Part shown: positions 45,903-62,879 of the stretch, piece by piece
How the letters are laid out: the number at the start of each line of letters is the position of its first letter
How positions within the stretch are numbered: position 1 is the first letter of the stretch
From: Zygnema circumcarinatum SAG 698-1b
Lineage: Eukaryota; Plantae; Zygnematophyceae
Assembly (NCBI GenBank): GCA_037447605.1
Contig: CM074816.1
Span: 1,640,525-1,704,524, forward strand
Reading direction: 5' to 3'
DNA: 64,000 nt
The notes under the pieces: generated by a model
The model's database searches: none
The model's input: the letters and a program-made list of their open reading frames with translations, nothing else
Told to the model about the DNA's origin: nothing
Made by a program: the position numbers and the translations under genes

Positions 45903-46942
45903 CCTCTTCCACTTTCTCTCTCTCCCACTCTGTCGATCTCTCTTGCTCACGCTTGTTTTGGTTCTTCCTCTCTCGCCCTCTCGTTTTTTGGTTCCTCTCT
46001 CCCTCTATCTCTCTCACTCGCTATCATCTCCCTCCCTCATACTCCACACCTTTCTCTCCCCCATCTGTCCTTTCGCTTTTTTTGTTTCTGGAATTTGAGT
46101 GGTCAAAAAGGGGACATTTTTGTTGAGAAGTTCCCACAGAGTTGCAATAGGAGGCGAGCCACGAGGTAGGGTTAAGGCTTGGCGGCAATTATGGTTTAAC
46201 TTTCAGGGAGGCTTTCTCCAGAGTCTGGTCTACTTAGTGTTTTTTTTTTTTTTTTTCACTTGATTTTGCCTTTTTCACTGGTTTGATTATTTTCACTAGC
46301 TTTTCTCTTTTCTCTCCGATTTGTATTTCTTCCCCTCTCCCCCCCTCCTCATTTTGTTGGGAAGAAGAGCGAGCTCGAATTGGATTTCGTGTGTCGAACT
46401 ACTCCCTTCATGTGGCGGTTTACTTTCCTTCTCTTGCAAACCCAAAACTGAAATATTTTGGATTGAAATATTCTTTCAACATTGTCCACAATAATATATA
46501 TAGCAGAGTGGATCATATTTTCACTCACCGTCTCCCTCTCCCTCTCTCTACCTGGCCAAATTCTCCACACCTTCCTTCCCTCCCTCGTCTAACGAGTTCT
46601 GCATGTTGCAGGATCCGGCCCCAAGACCTCTTGGCACCTGTATCAGTTAACCGTGAGCTTTAACCAGTAAGGGCAAGCCATGGACGTGCATTGAGTCGCG
46701 TACTATTATCTACATGCCAAACTTAAATATGCATGTTGGCTCTGCACGGCTGAAGATTCTGTTATACCTCCCTCCCTCGCTCCTTCCTCCTCTCCCACAC
46801 TTCCCTTAGACCAAATGAAAATTTTGCAGCCCCGGAGAAATCGAAAACTAGCAAAGAAACAAGCAGAACAAGGACGGAAACTGAACTGAAACTGTAACTG
46901 AAACTAGAAACCAAGACAACACAGAAGCTGTCCGGTTTCAGT

Positions 46943-49900
46943 TTAAACAGATACTCTAGAAATGTCCTTTCCAAAGAGATTTGCGATTCCGGCAGCTGGA
47001 TCGTTCTGCTTTACAAGTGACTCTCCCACCAAAACCTGCATACAAACATGTACCCCATTCAGACCCAATTTATTCCCAAAGAAAGGGAGGATTAGTACAT
47101 ATAGTACTCACATAGTGGATTTGTGATCCGTGAACCCTAAAATCCAGACACCTTAAATCTCTGAACCCTTCAAAAAACAAACAAAAATGGGTTAACTCAC
47201 AGCCCCGCAGCCGGCCTCCTTGACGAAGGAGATGTCCTCCGGCGTGAAGAGACCCGACTCCCCCACAACCTGAAATATGTCAACACACAAGAGGAGGTAG
47301 CAACTTTGTCTGTGCATGTGTCCGTGTGAGAGAGAGAGCGAGAGGGGGGGGGGGGGGGGAAGAGAGAAGGGGGAGGGGAAGAGGTCGAGGGAGGAGTAAG
47401 CAGGAGAGAAGGGGATAGAAGACAAACAGAGGAGAGAGGGAGAGGGCGAGGGAGCGGGAGAGAGGGAAGTGGAGAGTGCAGAAGGGGTAGGAGAGGGAGA
47501 GAGAGTTAGAGGAGAGAGAGGGGAGAGGGTGAAGGAGAGGGAGAGCATGGGGGAGAGCATAAAGAAAGCGAGGGAGAGAGACAGAAAGCGAGTGAGATCA
47601 CTTCTCCCAAGAAAAAGGGCCTTCGAATAGAACGAGTACTCACCAAAATTCCCTTTTCCCGAATTTTTGCCCCCCTCTCTCCCTCTAGAAGTTGCTTCGT
47701 ATTTGAAATATCGACTTCGAAAGTTTCTGCAGGAGGATTAAAACCCAGTTTTTGTCGTCAAACCGAGAAATCAACAGCTACGCCTTCACTACAATCCGCA
47801 TCGAAGCGTCCCAATCTAAGGGATTTAAGAGAGGGAGAGAGAGAACGAGAGAGAGAGAGAGAGTGAGAGAAATAAAAAAGGGGCCTCCAGGGACAAATTT
47901 GCAGACCTAAATTGCGGTTATTAATGCCGATAAGTTGAATCCCTTCCAGCGCCAAAACTCGGTCCATCTCCTGCTCGGTGTGAACCTGCTTCAAACAAAA
48001 AGAGAAAACACAAAAAAAAAAAAAAAAAAAAAACCCCGCTTCAAATGAAGTCAGAATTATATATGGCTTTCAACCTTTTCCTACAATACCTCAGAATTTA
48101 TTCGAGGTCAGACGTGATGTGACGTAACGTGACGTGACGTGCCTCTACTNNNNNNNNNNAGGGAGGGAGGGAGGGAGGAAGGGTGAGGATGAGGTGTGAG
48201 GGTGAGGGAGTGGGAGAGGGAGAGAGGGAGGGAGAGGGAGAGAGGAAGGGAGAGGATGAGGGTGAGGGTGAGGCGGGGGTAAGGGAGAGGGAGAGAGGGA
48301 GGGAGAGTGAGGGGTGGGGTGGGGTGGGGTGGGGTGGGAAGGGAGGGTGAGGTGGGGGAAAGGGAGGGAGGGAGGGAAGAGGAGTGAGGGAGGGGAGAAA
48401 GGAGGGGACGAGGGAGGGAGGGCGAGGCAGAGAGATGGAGGGGTAGGGGGGAGGGGAGAATAGAGGGAGAGGGGGATGGAAAGAGGAAGAGAGAAAAAAA
48501 GGAAGGGCGGAAGGAGTGAGGGAAGTGGGAGAGGCGGCAAAAAGGAGGGAGCTGAGTGGGAAGGGAAAGCAAGAAGAGGTGGGGAGGAAGGGTTCGGGGA
48601 CTGAAGGGGTCATAAGGGAGAGGAGGCAGGGTGAGAGAGAGAGGGAGAGAGAGAGGGAGAGTGCATCGGAGTGTCACAGGAACGGAGGAGGAGTGTCAAC
48701 GGTCGGATCCACATTTTTGGTTCCATAAGTGAAATTAGCCCTGTGAAATTGTTATCTCGAAATCAAGTAAGGAGTTTTTTATCTTATCTCACCTGCACTC
48801 CTGCAGCCCTGATCAGTTTCAAATTTTCAAAGCTGCCCTGCGGAAGGAAAAAGACACATACTGTTAGCCTTGACTCGTGGTTCACAGGGAAAAAAGGAGA
48901 AAGAGAGAGAGAGGAGTGTAAAGAGGGAGTGATTTCGAAGACCAAAAGAACAGGAAGGTATTTTTCCTTCTCCCTTTCGTTCTCTCAAGAGAGACTGATT
49001 TTCATACCTGAAAATATTTTGAGTCGGTCAGCACACTCAAACAAGCAGCTCCTCCCTTCTCATAGGCCTGTGCTATCCGAACCTGGAAATAAAGTTGCAA
49101 ACGAAGGAGAAAAAAATAAGGTGGCAATCTCCAAAACAAGATAGAATTAAGTTGAAAACTAAACTCTAAGAGAAGTCCTAACCACTCGACTTAGTACTAA
49201 AGTTAATCCTAGCCTAACTTTAAGCCTAATCCTAGCCATACTTGTGCTGCTCCCGCCATTGCTTCTCGCCCCCTCTCTCTCCCTCTAAGATACATATCTA
49301 ACCCTCCCTCCTCCTTCTCTCTTTCTCCCTCCCTCCCAACGCCCACTCTCGAATCCTAACCTCAATTCTATCCTCAATCCTGGCCTTAGCCCTGACTTGC
49401 TCCTAGCAATTATCCTAACTTCGTACTAAGTTTAAACCTACATTGACTAACCATTGTTCCAACCTTAACATAGACCCTGACCGACACCACATCTCTAACA
49501 CCAAACAACACTCTTCCCTACCTCCCCCCTCGGAATAAGCACTGAACCCTAAAACCGTGCATCGCGCAAACGGCCAAAAACTCGGTCCTTGAAGGGGGGG
49601 GGGGAGAGATGAGAAAAGAGAGGAGACAGAGAGACAGAAAGAAGAGAGAGAGAGAGTGAAAGAAGACGGAGAGAAACGAGAGAGAGAGAAAGAGAGAGAG
49701 AAAGAAGATGGAGAGAAAAGAGAGAGAGAGAGAGAAAGAAGACGGAGAGAAAAGGGAGAGACAGAGAGAAAGAAGACGGAGAGACAAGCGAGAGGGAGAG
49801 AGAGAGAGAGAGAGAGATTCCCTCCCACTCACCGGATCAAAGTCCGGCTGAATCACCCCTCGACTCGGAGACGCCTTCTTGACCTCCGCGATCAGTGCCG

Positions 49901-51035
49901 GCAGTTCCGTTTCCCGTGCCCGTTCCCTGAGCACCTCGATAAAGTCACGCGGCGGAGCGACGCTCCGAAGCCCCGACATGAGCACGTGCAGAGGCATCCC
50001 CTCCTTCATCTTCTGCACTTCCGTATCTTTGTGCCAAACGATCTCTTCTAGAATGTTCCGAGGAGAGTTGAATTCGGTCTCAATTTTGAACTCAAAGGGG
50101 CCCACCATGTGTCCTGGGGGGCCCTGAGGGGGTCGTCGCCGGATGGCGACGCCGCCATTGGCAGCGATTTCTGCAGCTTTGCGGGTCTGTTCGAGGATGA
50201 CCCATTCAGGGGGGCGGATGGGGGTGCGTTTTTGGGAGTCGAAGGTGAGGGGGAGGCCCGGGTCGTTTAGGGTTTTGGCAGACTCTAGGGCTTCGGCTGG
50301 GGAGGTTTTGTTGGAGGGGGGAGGCTGCAAGAAGGAGAAGAGGAAGAAGAAGGAGGAGGAGAAAGAGGAGGAGGAGGAGGAGGAGAAGAAGAAGACGAAG
50401 AAGGAGAAGAAGACGAAGAAGAGGAAGAAATAACGTTTTTTTAAGGAAAGTTTGAAGAGATTAGTTAGGAAGGTTTTAAAAGAAAAGAGAAAAAGGGAAT
50501 GGAAGTGATGGAGGATTTGAATTGGGGTAGGATGGATGGACTAATTCCAAAAAAAAAACGAGGATATAAACGAGGAAATTCTTAAATTATCAGAATGTGC
50601 CGAAGGTTGGGCTATTACAAGCACAGTGAGCGTAGCATTAGTAAAATTAACCTAGTGAAAATCCTAGTCAAAACCCTAGTCAAATCCCTAGTCAAAGACC
50701 TGGTCAGCTCTGGTGAAAGCCCTCCGTACCTCCACCGCCTGCTCCATCACCACCACCACCGCCTCCTTCTTCCCTCTCTCCCCCGTCCGTACATCTCCGT
50801 ACAATTCCGCCGCCATGGCCTGCCCAGTGAACGAAGTCCAAGCAAGACCTGAACTCCGCGCTTTGCAGTTCTTGGAAGTTTGCGGACTTTTGCGCTCAGG
50901 TTTTAAGAGGCTCAAGCAGACGCCATCCCTCCTCCGTGCAGGGGAGGGGGAGGGGGAGGGCTGAGCAGGCGAGCAGGGAGAGGAGGCGGAGGGAGAGAGG
51001 AGGGCCTTCTGAAGGTGGAGGGAGACGGCAGCCAT
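46943..51035 (-). CDS. IGPS: Plastid indole-3-glycerol phosphate synthase (central exons missing at gap 48150-48159)
   Basis: Transit-like exon 1; [62 protein letters not shown]...IGINNRNL-ETFEVD, VVGESG, VLVGESLVKQ. Confidence 0.96.
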
Positions 51036-52235
51036 AGCGTCTCTCTCTCTCTATCTCTTTCTCTCTCTCTCTCTCGTTCTCTCACCCTAAAAGCGAAAGG
51101 AACGATGTGGCATTTATCTGCCCATTGGCATAGAGATCGATTCTATGCTCCACTACTGGCGATACTGTTGTCTAACATCGAGATATATCGCATCCTATTT
51201 TATCGTATCGTATGTTTCGTACCGTACGATACAATATTACTGTATCGCCAACAGAAGTAAGATATTGCGATGCGATACATAAGGATATCACGATATATTG
51301 TGACAATTGTTTTAAACCGGCAACGGTCGTACCGGCGAACGAGTTCAGATTTCAGTTTTACTGGAACCAGTAAAACTGGAAACCAGCCGCCATCACCTTT
51401 ACGGGGACCTTGTTCCTGGGCGCAAATACCATAACGGGAACTAAAATTGGAACTGGAATTAGAAAACGAAAGCATAAAAATATTAGAAAGATAAAACATT
51501 CAAAAGCATTATTGCAGCCGCACCATCACTACGAAGCGGAATGAGGATAAACATTCCTCAAAATTACAAGTTTTACATAACCAAAAATTACAAGATTTTG
51601 ACCAACTACAGAATTACGGTGACCCCCTTCACAGGTGTCCGAAAACAGAGAGAACAAGTTACTTCGTACCATTTCAAACGTAACCCCAAAAAGTGGCCAA
51701 TGTTGATGAACCACCCACTCTGTAGATATTTCGATTACCCCGAGACCTCTATTCACCCTCTCTCCCTTCCCCCCTCGCTCCCACTCTCCCTCCCTCCCTC
51801 TCCTACACCCCCACCCCCACCCTCCCGCTCCCTCTCCCACCCTCCCTCTCCCTCCCCCTTCCTCCCTCTCCCTCCCTCCCTCCCCCTCCCTCCCTCGTCC
51901 CCTCTCCACCTCCTCCCCCTCCCCCTTCCTCCCTCTCCCTCCCTCCCTCCCCCTTCCTCTTCCCCTCTCCCCCTCCCCCTCCGCCTCNNNNNNNNNNGGA
52001 AGAGGGAGGGAGGGGTAGGGAGGGAGAGGGAGGGAGGGAGAGGGGAAGAGGGAGGAAGGGGGAGGGAGGGAGGGAGGGAGTGGGAGGGAGGGAGAGGGGA
52101 AGAGGGAGGGAGGGAGAGGGGAAGAGGGAAGGAGGGTCAGAGAGGGAGGGAGAGAGAGGGAGGGAGAGGGGGAGAGAGAGAGGTTCCAAAAGTGTGAAAC
52201 TTTTCTATGTCTGACCCCCCCCCTCCCCCCCCCTA

Positions 52236-55200
52236 TTATTTCCGCGAGAAGCTTGAACCTGGTCCTGATTCCGTACCTTGCCAGCTGCTCTCAAAGTCCC
52301 AACTCAGAATCTCGTGCCATCCGGAAGCTCCCCCGGTTGCGGCGCTGAAGCCCACGTAAGCAGTCGTCAGCCCCGCACATGCGAGGCACGTGATTGGCCG
52401 CAAGACGCTGCAAAGCGCCGCCGAGTGCGTCAGCAGCGGCGCCGCCGGCTTCTGATCGGCCCCATTTAGGAACACTCGCCATAGCTTCAAAGCGCCGTCG
52501 TATTCAATCCAGGCAAATTTTACGCTGGAAAAATCATCTAGAAGAGAGGTGGGTTGAAATTTGATGGGTCGTTTGAAGTTTTCACGGACAGCCACGTGTC
52601 CCCCAGAGGGCTCTCCTAGGGCTATGTTTTGGAATGTGTCAAATTTCACTGCGGAACTGCCCACAGAAGAAGCATTTGTATGAGTATATCCGAGATTTCC
52701 GCCGGTTGCTCGACCGAAAACGCTTATTACAGCATTGGAAGTTAGAACAAAGAATGTGAGCCCGTCGGCAGAAGTTGAAGAGGGGCTCGAAATTTTGAAG
52801 GAGAATTTGGTTTTGAATGAAGCTGCTTGGCATCCGCCATTGACATTGTCTCGTAAGAGTTCGATGGGACTTTGATAGAGAGCGATTCCGGTAACTTTTT
52901 TAAGGTTGGGGGTCAGGATTAATCTCCCGTCAAGGATCTCGGTCGAATACTGAGTGATTAATTCGCTTGCGTCGAAAGTTGGATAAGTAAAGCTGGCTGG
53001 AGTGGTAAGAGCTGAAAAAAAAAAAAAAAAAAAAAAAAAACATAAACAAAAGAAAAACGGTCATCTTACTTCATCTTGGATGCATGCAGACGCCGATTCT
53101 TCGAAAAAATCTACTGCAAAATTCGAGTGCAGCTTAAAAACTCTAAAACCCTAAAACCCCAATCAAGAAGCTAGCTCGCGTGCTTTTTGTTAGTCAGAGC
53201 CAACCTGACTGACTGACTGACTGACTCAGTGCAGCAGCACATGAGAGAGGGTCGATCATCATCCCAAAGAGTTACTTTTCTTTTATGAAAAGTAAAACTA
53301 TTATGAGCAGGAGGAGGAGGAGTAATGCACTCTTACTTTTTCTTCCTTTTCTCTATTTTCTTTCCTTACTTTTAATGTTGTTTTTTTTTTTTTGTACTTA
53401 CGCAGCTTGTGGAATGCTGAGGGAGAGAGCGGCTTCCAGAACTGCCCCACTAAGCTCCCCAAGTCGTAGTCCCCGTCCCTTAGGCGGTCCCCGGGGTAGG
53501 CCTCCATCACATCCAAGCATCTCCCTCTGTCAAGGTTGAGCCACTGCAGGGAAGAGTCTGGATACCGGTCGCGGAAGACCATGAAGGACTGGTTCAGGTC
53601 ATAGTGGCAGTCTGCGGCCCATTTCAAAGGTCCAAAAAAAGTTAAGTAAGTCAGATGTCACTTTTGTAGAGCGAAGCTTTGACCCGAGTGGGAGGTTTAG
53701 AGTCCCAACATCTTAAAGATATGCAGCAGCTTTACTTGGTAAAAGATGAAATAAAAGTACAAATTCGTACTAAGACTTCGTGGTCTGAATGATGAATGAT
53801 GTATTGGTCGTTTGACCCATCCAGCGATATGAGGGATGTGCATGCATGCTCTTGCATGGGGTTCAAACGTACCGGCGAGTTGGAAATGGTAGTTGGACAA
53901 GGTCGGGCGCGCCTCAATGCACTGACCGCCGCCGCGCGCCTGCCTGAAGGCGTACCCGTACTCGGCGGCCTCCTCGAGCAGCCACAGACCATCCGCGTTC
54001 ACGCTCGCGGCTGAACCCAAAACCCCAACGCAACATTGTGCATCGACGCATGCACGAACGAAACGGCATGGGGTTCAACATTTTCTCATGAAACATTGCT
54101 CCATGTGCATGCATGTGCATGCATGTCGACCTGACTGAAGATCAAAGGTATAAGTATTATGCGCATGCATGCATGCATGTTTCACATGAAGCATTGTGCA
54201 TGTGTAACAATAACAAACAATAGTAACAATAACAACATATGTAGTAAACATATGAAAGGAACAGTGGGTAACACATACTGCTGTCACGAACATAGAGCGC
54301 CTTGTTGGCAACGCTGTTCCGTTCCGCGTCAGGCCGAACGGCGCTCTTTGTCGAACAGACGAGGCCCTCAGTTCCGTCCGACGGAACTGCGAGCACAAAA
54401 CCGTCGCAGCTGCAGTCGGCCGTACAGATCCTCTGGCACTCCACAGGTGACGTCACAGAACTGACGGACACGTCATATCCGGTCGAGTCGGTACCGGGAA
54501 ACCGCTGATATTGGTCGGGCCGACCATCGCACGTGTGAAAATCTGCACATAGAAACGACCCGATGTCAGTGGGGCGGCGCCATTCCATGTCAGTTGTCGG
54601 CCGTTCCATGACCGGCCCGTAAAACCGGAAGGAATCTGTTAGATGACGTCATTGAACGCCGAAAAACGTACGTTCGTACGAGAGAATCCGTACAGTATTG
54701 TACCGCTCGTCGAGCCGTACGGTCTTTCTTCTGCGAGGTGAAGCTGTGAACCTTAAAACTCCGAAGTCCCTAAACCCTAAAGCCCTAAACCCTAAAGCCC
54801 TAAACCCTGTAAGTCTATACCCTGCTCTCACCCGTGGACAGCTCCATGCCGTTCCCGTCGGCGGCGGCCCTCAGCGCGGTGTGCGCCCACGCGGGCGCGA
54901 GAAGGAAGCCGCCCGCGGCGGAGAGGTCCAGCCATGGCTGCAAGCGCACTGCCAGCAGGTAGGCCCGAGGGAGAGGGGGCGGTAAGAGCACGCAGCAGCG
55001 AGGGATCACTGTTATGACATTTTGAAGTTGAGGTGTGCAGGTAGCGAGGGTTACATCCAGTTCTTTAAAAACGAAGGAAGAAAGATTGAGGAAAATTAGG
55101 GTTGCTGGTGGTGTTGGTGGGAAGGAGTTTGTTTCCTCACTGTTTTGAGAGTAGCCAGGAACTTTAAAGCACCACTTTCCGGGAATGTTGACGTTAGATC

Positions 55201-55903
55201 CAAGGGGAAGATCGAACACGGAGGCTTGGTTCAATCGGACGGAGGTGACTTTAGAGGTCGCGGGATCGAATCGATTACCATACCACGATTCGTATTGGTA
55301 TCCGGAAAAGTTGAAATAGGTGAAGGGGGAGTACAAATAGGTGAACTCGTCCGCTTCTGCCCCGCCCCACCCCGCCCCGCCCGCCATGTCGGTCAGACGA
55401 AAGCTTCTGAACTGGCATCTGTTTGTTTGCCCTCCAGTATTATATTCGCAGAGGTATGTATATATGTATATGTATTATTGGTATATATGTGCGAAGGGGG
55501 TTGCGCGGGAGCTGGCGAGAGAGAGGAAGAGGGAGAGAGAGAGGGTGAGAGGGAGAAGGGGAGAGTGGGAGAGGGGGAAGGAGGGAGAGGGAGAGAGGGA
55601 GAGGGAGAGCGAGTGAGAGGGAGAGGAAGAGGGGGAGAGGGGGATAGAGGGAGAGGGAGAGGGGGGTCGTTCGTGTCAATATACGATGTTTTGAAACTTG
55701 ACAAATACAACAAGCTAGTGTAAGAAGCTCACAGAAGAAACTCTGATGAGCAGACTGACTTACACTGCAGCATGTTCGAAAATGAGAGCTCGAGCTCAAG
55801 TTGAAATCCCATGCTACAAATTTGAGCAGAAAGCTAAAAGAAGCCACTTTTTAACAGTTACATCCAAGGGCGAATCACTTACCCCAGCAATACGTAACTG
55901 GAA
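52236..55903 (-). CDS. NIDO + ricin-B-like + PAN/apple + legume lectin protein, paralog 2 (5' part lost in 100-N gap)
   Basis: SNVNIPGKWCFKV (NIDO end); PWLDLSAAGGFLLAPAWAHTAL homologous to paralog 1 PWTSLSSSGGFLMKATWSHTAL; PAN exon SPVECQRICTADCSCDGF...CSTK; GYAFRQARGGGQCIEA; DCHYDLNQSF; lectin exon 52236-~53011 with ADGLTF, FDT, YVGFSAATGG. Confidence 0.82.
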
Positions 55904-56459
55904 NNNNNNNNNNNNNNNNNNNNNNNNNNNNNNNNNNNNNNNNNNNNNNNNNNNNNNNNNNNNNNNNNNNNNNNNNNNNNNNNNNNNNNNNNNNNNNNNN
56001 NNNGCGGAAAATGTTAAGGGTACCCGACGAACGGCGGCATTGTACGGATAGGACGAAAATAGGTCGGTGTCGTTGTAGGTTTACGAGACCACTACCGTAG
56101 GTCGCTATTCTGAGTGCGCCGCTTTGCCGAATGCAAGGGCCAGCTATGGCGGCCGTGACGTGACATGTGTGTCACGTCACAACGCCATATAGTATATAGC
56201 GTGTGTTGTGTGTTTGGTAGGTAATCTAGTGCTGTCTCTCATTACATTGCCCATTTCGTGTTCTTTGAGAACACTTGCTCGATGTTGGTAGGTAAGAAGA
56301 AGATAGGTTCAGGGTGGGAAGTGAACTCGTGGGGAAGACATTTATTAAGGAGTTTTAGAGCGTGAGCTTTCTCACCGCCTACCGATTGATTTCCGCTGTG
56401 CTTGTCTCTGGTGTTCATTCTGTAGTTATGGGCGATGAGTGAATTGTGAGATAGAGCTT

Positions 56460-57395
56460 TGAGAGTGCAAGAGTGGAAATGTCTTCATCGGTGGGAACAC
56501 GAGTTCCCGTGGAGGGCGACACGCGAGGTGGAGCCGGAAGCAGCGAGATGTCCCCTGCTTCAACATGCACAAGTCCCATGGAGGCTGGAGTTCGCTTCAC
56601 GAAGGAGATGTCCCCGTCTACAGAGGAAGAGGCAAAGGCAATGGCTGGAGTGCCATATCAATCTGCGATTGGGAGCCTCATGTATTTGATGACAGGCACG
56701 AGGCCTGACCTTGCGAAAGCCGTGAGCACGGCAAGCAGATTCATGGAGAACAGGAGCATTGGGAAGGAGGAGTCAAAGCGTATATTCCGGTTCACAGAGG
56801 AGCGTGGATTATGGCCTGAGGTTTTGGCAGAGGGACTGTGACGAGGTCTATGGTATCTGGAACCGACTGGGGAGGATTTGGATTCATCATCCACATCTGG
56901 ATACGTTTTTCTTGAATGCAGGTGGGGCCATGCGCGGAATTCCCACCTTGCAGTCTTTAGTGGCTCTCTCCGGCAGGCGGTATATGGCGGCTTTACCCGT
57001 GCGGCCCGGGGGGTGTGTGTGGGCTGCGGGAACTTCTTTAAGTGTGACTGAGTACACTACCGCCTTCCGCGGACGTCAGTCCTCTATTGCTCTAATGGGA
57101 ATCCGGTGTTCCTAAGCGAACCCAGATTTCGGATCAATACCATTCGTGAGGCGGGGAGGTGAGAGAAGGACTTACTTATTGATATCAAGTTCATTGGAAC
57201 TAGGGAGCAGAGGCGGCCCGACATGCTGGCGAAGGCGGTCAGTGAATCGAGCCTTGAGGATTAATTCGGATCTCATTGGGTTTGGGGCTCGGGGAACTAA
57301 AAGTGCGAAGAGGGGAATGTTGGGTGTCATGGTTAGTTTAGCAGATTAGCATGTTTATTGTTGGCGCTTGGATTTCACAGGGGTGTGCTTCTAGG
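56460..57395 (+). mobile_element. Degenerate Ty1/copia RT-RNase H remnant with PPT and start of 3' LTR
   Basis: VPYQSAIGSLMYLMTGTRPDLAKAVSTASRFM is a Copia RT C-terminal motif; purine tract GAAGAGGGGAA 57307-57317 followed by TGTTGG. Confidence 0.85.
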
Positions 57396-58244
57396 TGTGA
57401 CATGTATGGGGACGGACTTACTTCAGCGTCTTGTGGCGGCGAGACGCCGACCGCGCAACCGTACGGATAATATGGACCGTACCGGACCGTACGGTCGGTA
57501 CGGACAATTGCGGCCGGGAGTACGACATTTAATTTACCACTTGCCGGAGTCCCGGTCCTGGCGTACAGATCGTGGACTGATCTTGGCTGACAAAAGGCGG
57601 CGGGTCGATTGGAGTGCGGCCGGGCCTACTTCGATGGAAGATAGTCCTTGTGGGTGGCGGAGGATTCAGCTCGGCCCGATGGGGGTACCCATGGCCACCA
57701 TCTGGGTTTAAGCCGGTGGTGTTGATGCGTTGCCAGGCTGGGTGTCACCCATGCATAGCAAGACCACCAGTAGTTTATTTAGGTTGTTTGAATAAGGTTA
57801 TTTAAATGCGTGGTCCGGCGCGTGTGGCGTGACATGGTCGCACGTCCGCAGCCCCCATACTATATATAGTGAGTGGGTGTGTAAGTTAAAGGCAACTGGC
57901 GTCGCATTGCAAGGCTATGGCAGTTTGAAGGCATGGCTTTGCTTAGCGAGAGGTGGACCTTTGTGAGGTCCGTGTGTGGGCTGCCTGCGTGAAGGTGAAG
58001 TGATCATGTGGTGAAAGCTTGACTAGGCTTATAGGGGCTTGAGTTGGAAAGCTTGTCATCATAAAGGAGTTTTAAATTTGGGAGCTTTCTCTACGTTTTT
58101 CTATTAGCCTACGTGTGTGTTGTGTATACGTGAGTGAAAAATGAGTAAGTCTTTGCGGGCACCAGGAGGGAAGTTTCCATGGACAGTGAAGAGGGAGAAA
58201 GGGTGGAAGGTGAATTTGCTTCTCATCCCTCTGCCCCTCTCACA
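57396..58244. repeat. LTR-like repeat homologous to 23356-24343
   Basis: TGTGACA...CTCACA termini and alignable distal ~470 bp. Confidence 0.65.
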
Positions 58245-58249
58245 CTTTA

Positions 58250-58701
58250 TTGCAGAGCAAGACTTACATGAGGTCATATTCGCAGATGGAATTATCGATA
58301 TTCCGGCCACGGCCACCACCCTCCATCGTTGGCAAGACCCTGACTTCACCCACGGCCACCCCCATGCGGATCCGTGGGAACTCCTCATGGACGACGATGG
58401 TGAAGCTCCCTTTCTTCCTCCCCATTTTCCCAGCGCCAATGACGTCCATTCTGACTCCTCCCTTCTGCGCTACGTCATGACTCGCACGCTGCCCCCTTTT
58501 GTCACGGACACCGAGAGGGCTCGGCTGCTCCGCCGCGCTCGGAAATTCTCTGTCGATGATGACGGACAGATTCTCTACCTCCCCTCCGGCCTTCCTGTTC
58601 CATTCCCTAACGAGCGCATGGAAATTCTGGACGTCGCCCACGATTCCCAGCCTGGCGGCTTCCACCTTGGCCAGAAGAAGATGGTGGCCCTGCTGCAGGA
58701 G
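58250..58701 (+). pseudogene. Ty3/gypsy pol fragment (linker and first half of integrase H2C2 zinc finger)
   Basis: ERMEILDVAHDSQPGGFHLGQKKMVALLQ, cut by a 10-N gap. Confidence 0.75.
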
Positions 58702-59552
58702 NNNNNNNNNNGTCCCCAAGGAAGGGCTCTTTGCGCATCAGGTCCAGCCGCCGGTGGGAACGTCTTCAGAATCCCTTCGTCTTCCGCTGCGCGTACCTCT
58801 GAATCCCCCGGATCCTGGCTCTACGCTGCAGGCAGACCCACAGAACCAACCCAACCCTTCATTAGTTTCAGCACGGACGCGCGAGTGGCCGTACAGCACC
58901 TGCAGCTAGCTCAGCAGTCTTCGTTTAACCCCACTTATCTTGTGCTACAACTCCTTATCATCTCGAAAACGTGGTACCGTACGATAAGCCGTACATTCAT
59001 ACATTTGTACATCCATCAATAACTGTACGGTACAAACGGGTCGGTCGCAAGTGGTGCGATAAATGGTTGTCCGTACCGTAAGGACATATGTCGGTATCGT
59101 AGGAGGTCCCATCTGGTGGCGGTATTTAGCGACGACTTCCGAAAGATGCTTAACTGGATTACGCTAACCGCCTGGTCAGAGTCGGTCTCGTTTGGTCCTC
59201 GTCGTTTGAGACTGCGCCACGTCATTACTACCATGCAAGATAACAACTGGCCTCCCCTAAAATGACTGATCACACCGACGACGATTCGTGACGACAGCGC
59301 AGATCCTCTGACGTCATGGCTACGCCTTTTCGTCAAGCGTTGTCCAACAGCGAACCGTTCTATTCTATAGGGTCGCGTCACGTCACGTCACGTCGGGTTG
59401 CCTTAAAGGAAGGGGACGCGGACTAATTGGAGCGGCATTTGCGGAGGTTGCGGCATCGCACGTGCGGGAGCGGCAGCCAAATAGGGAGCCGCCACGTGGT
59501 GGAGGTTCCATTGACCGTACGGATCGCGTGTCGTTCGGACTATTTTGACGCG

Positions 59553-62579
<3,027 letters not shown>

Positions 62580-62879
62580 GTCTCTCTCTCGCTCTCCCTC
62601 TCTCTCGCTCACTCACTCTCTCTCTCTCTCTCTCGCTCTCTCTACCTCTCTCTCCCCTTCTCCCTCTCGCTCTATCTTTCCTCCTATATCTCTCCCTCCC
62701 TTTCTTCCTCTCTCTCTTTCCGTATCTCTCCCTCTCTCTCTCTTTACCCCCTATCACTCTCCCTCTCGTTCTTCTTTTCACTATCTCTCCTCTAACTCCC
62801 TCTCTCACTTTCCCCCCTATCTCTCTCCCTCTCTTTCGTCCTTTTTTCTTTCTCTCTCTCTATCTGTCGCCCTTACTCC

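Noticed and set aside
47986-48791. Internal deletion in IGPS
   Set aside because: The missing central exons coincide with an assembly gap at 48150-48159.
51130-51330. CGATAT-palindrome-rich segments (also ~22480-22625 and ~39500-39560) as a MITE family
   Set aside because: Matching TIRs and TSDs could not be defined by eye.
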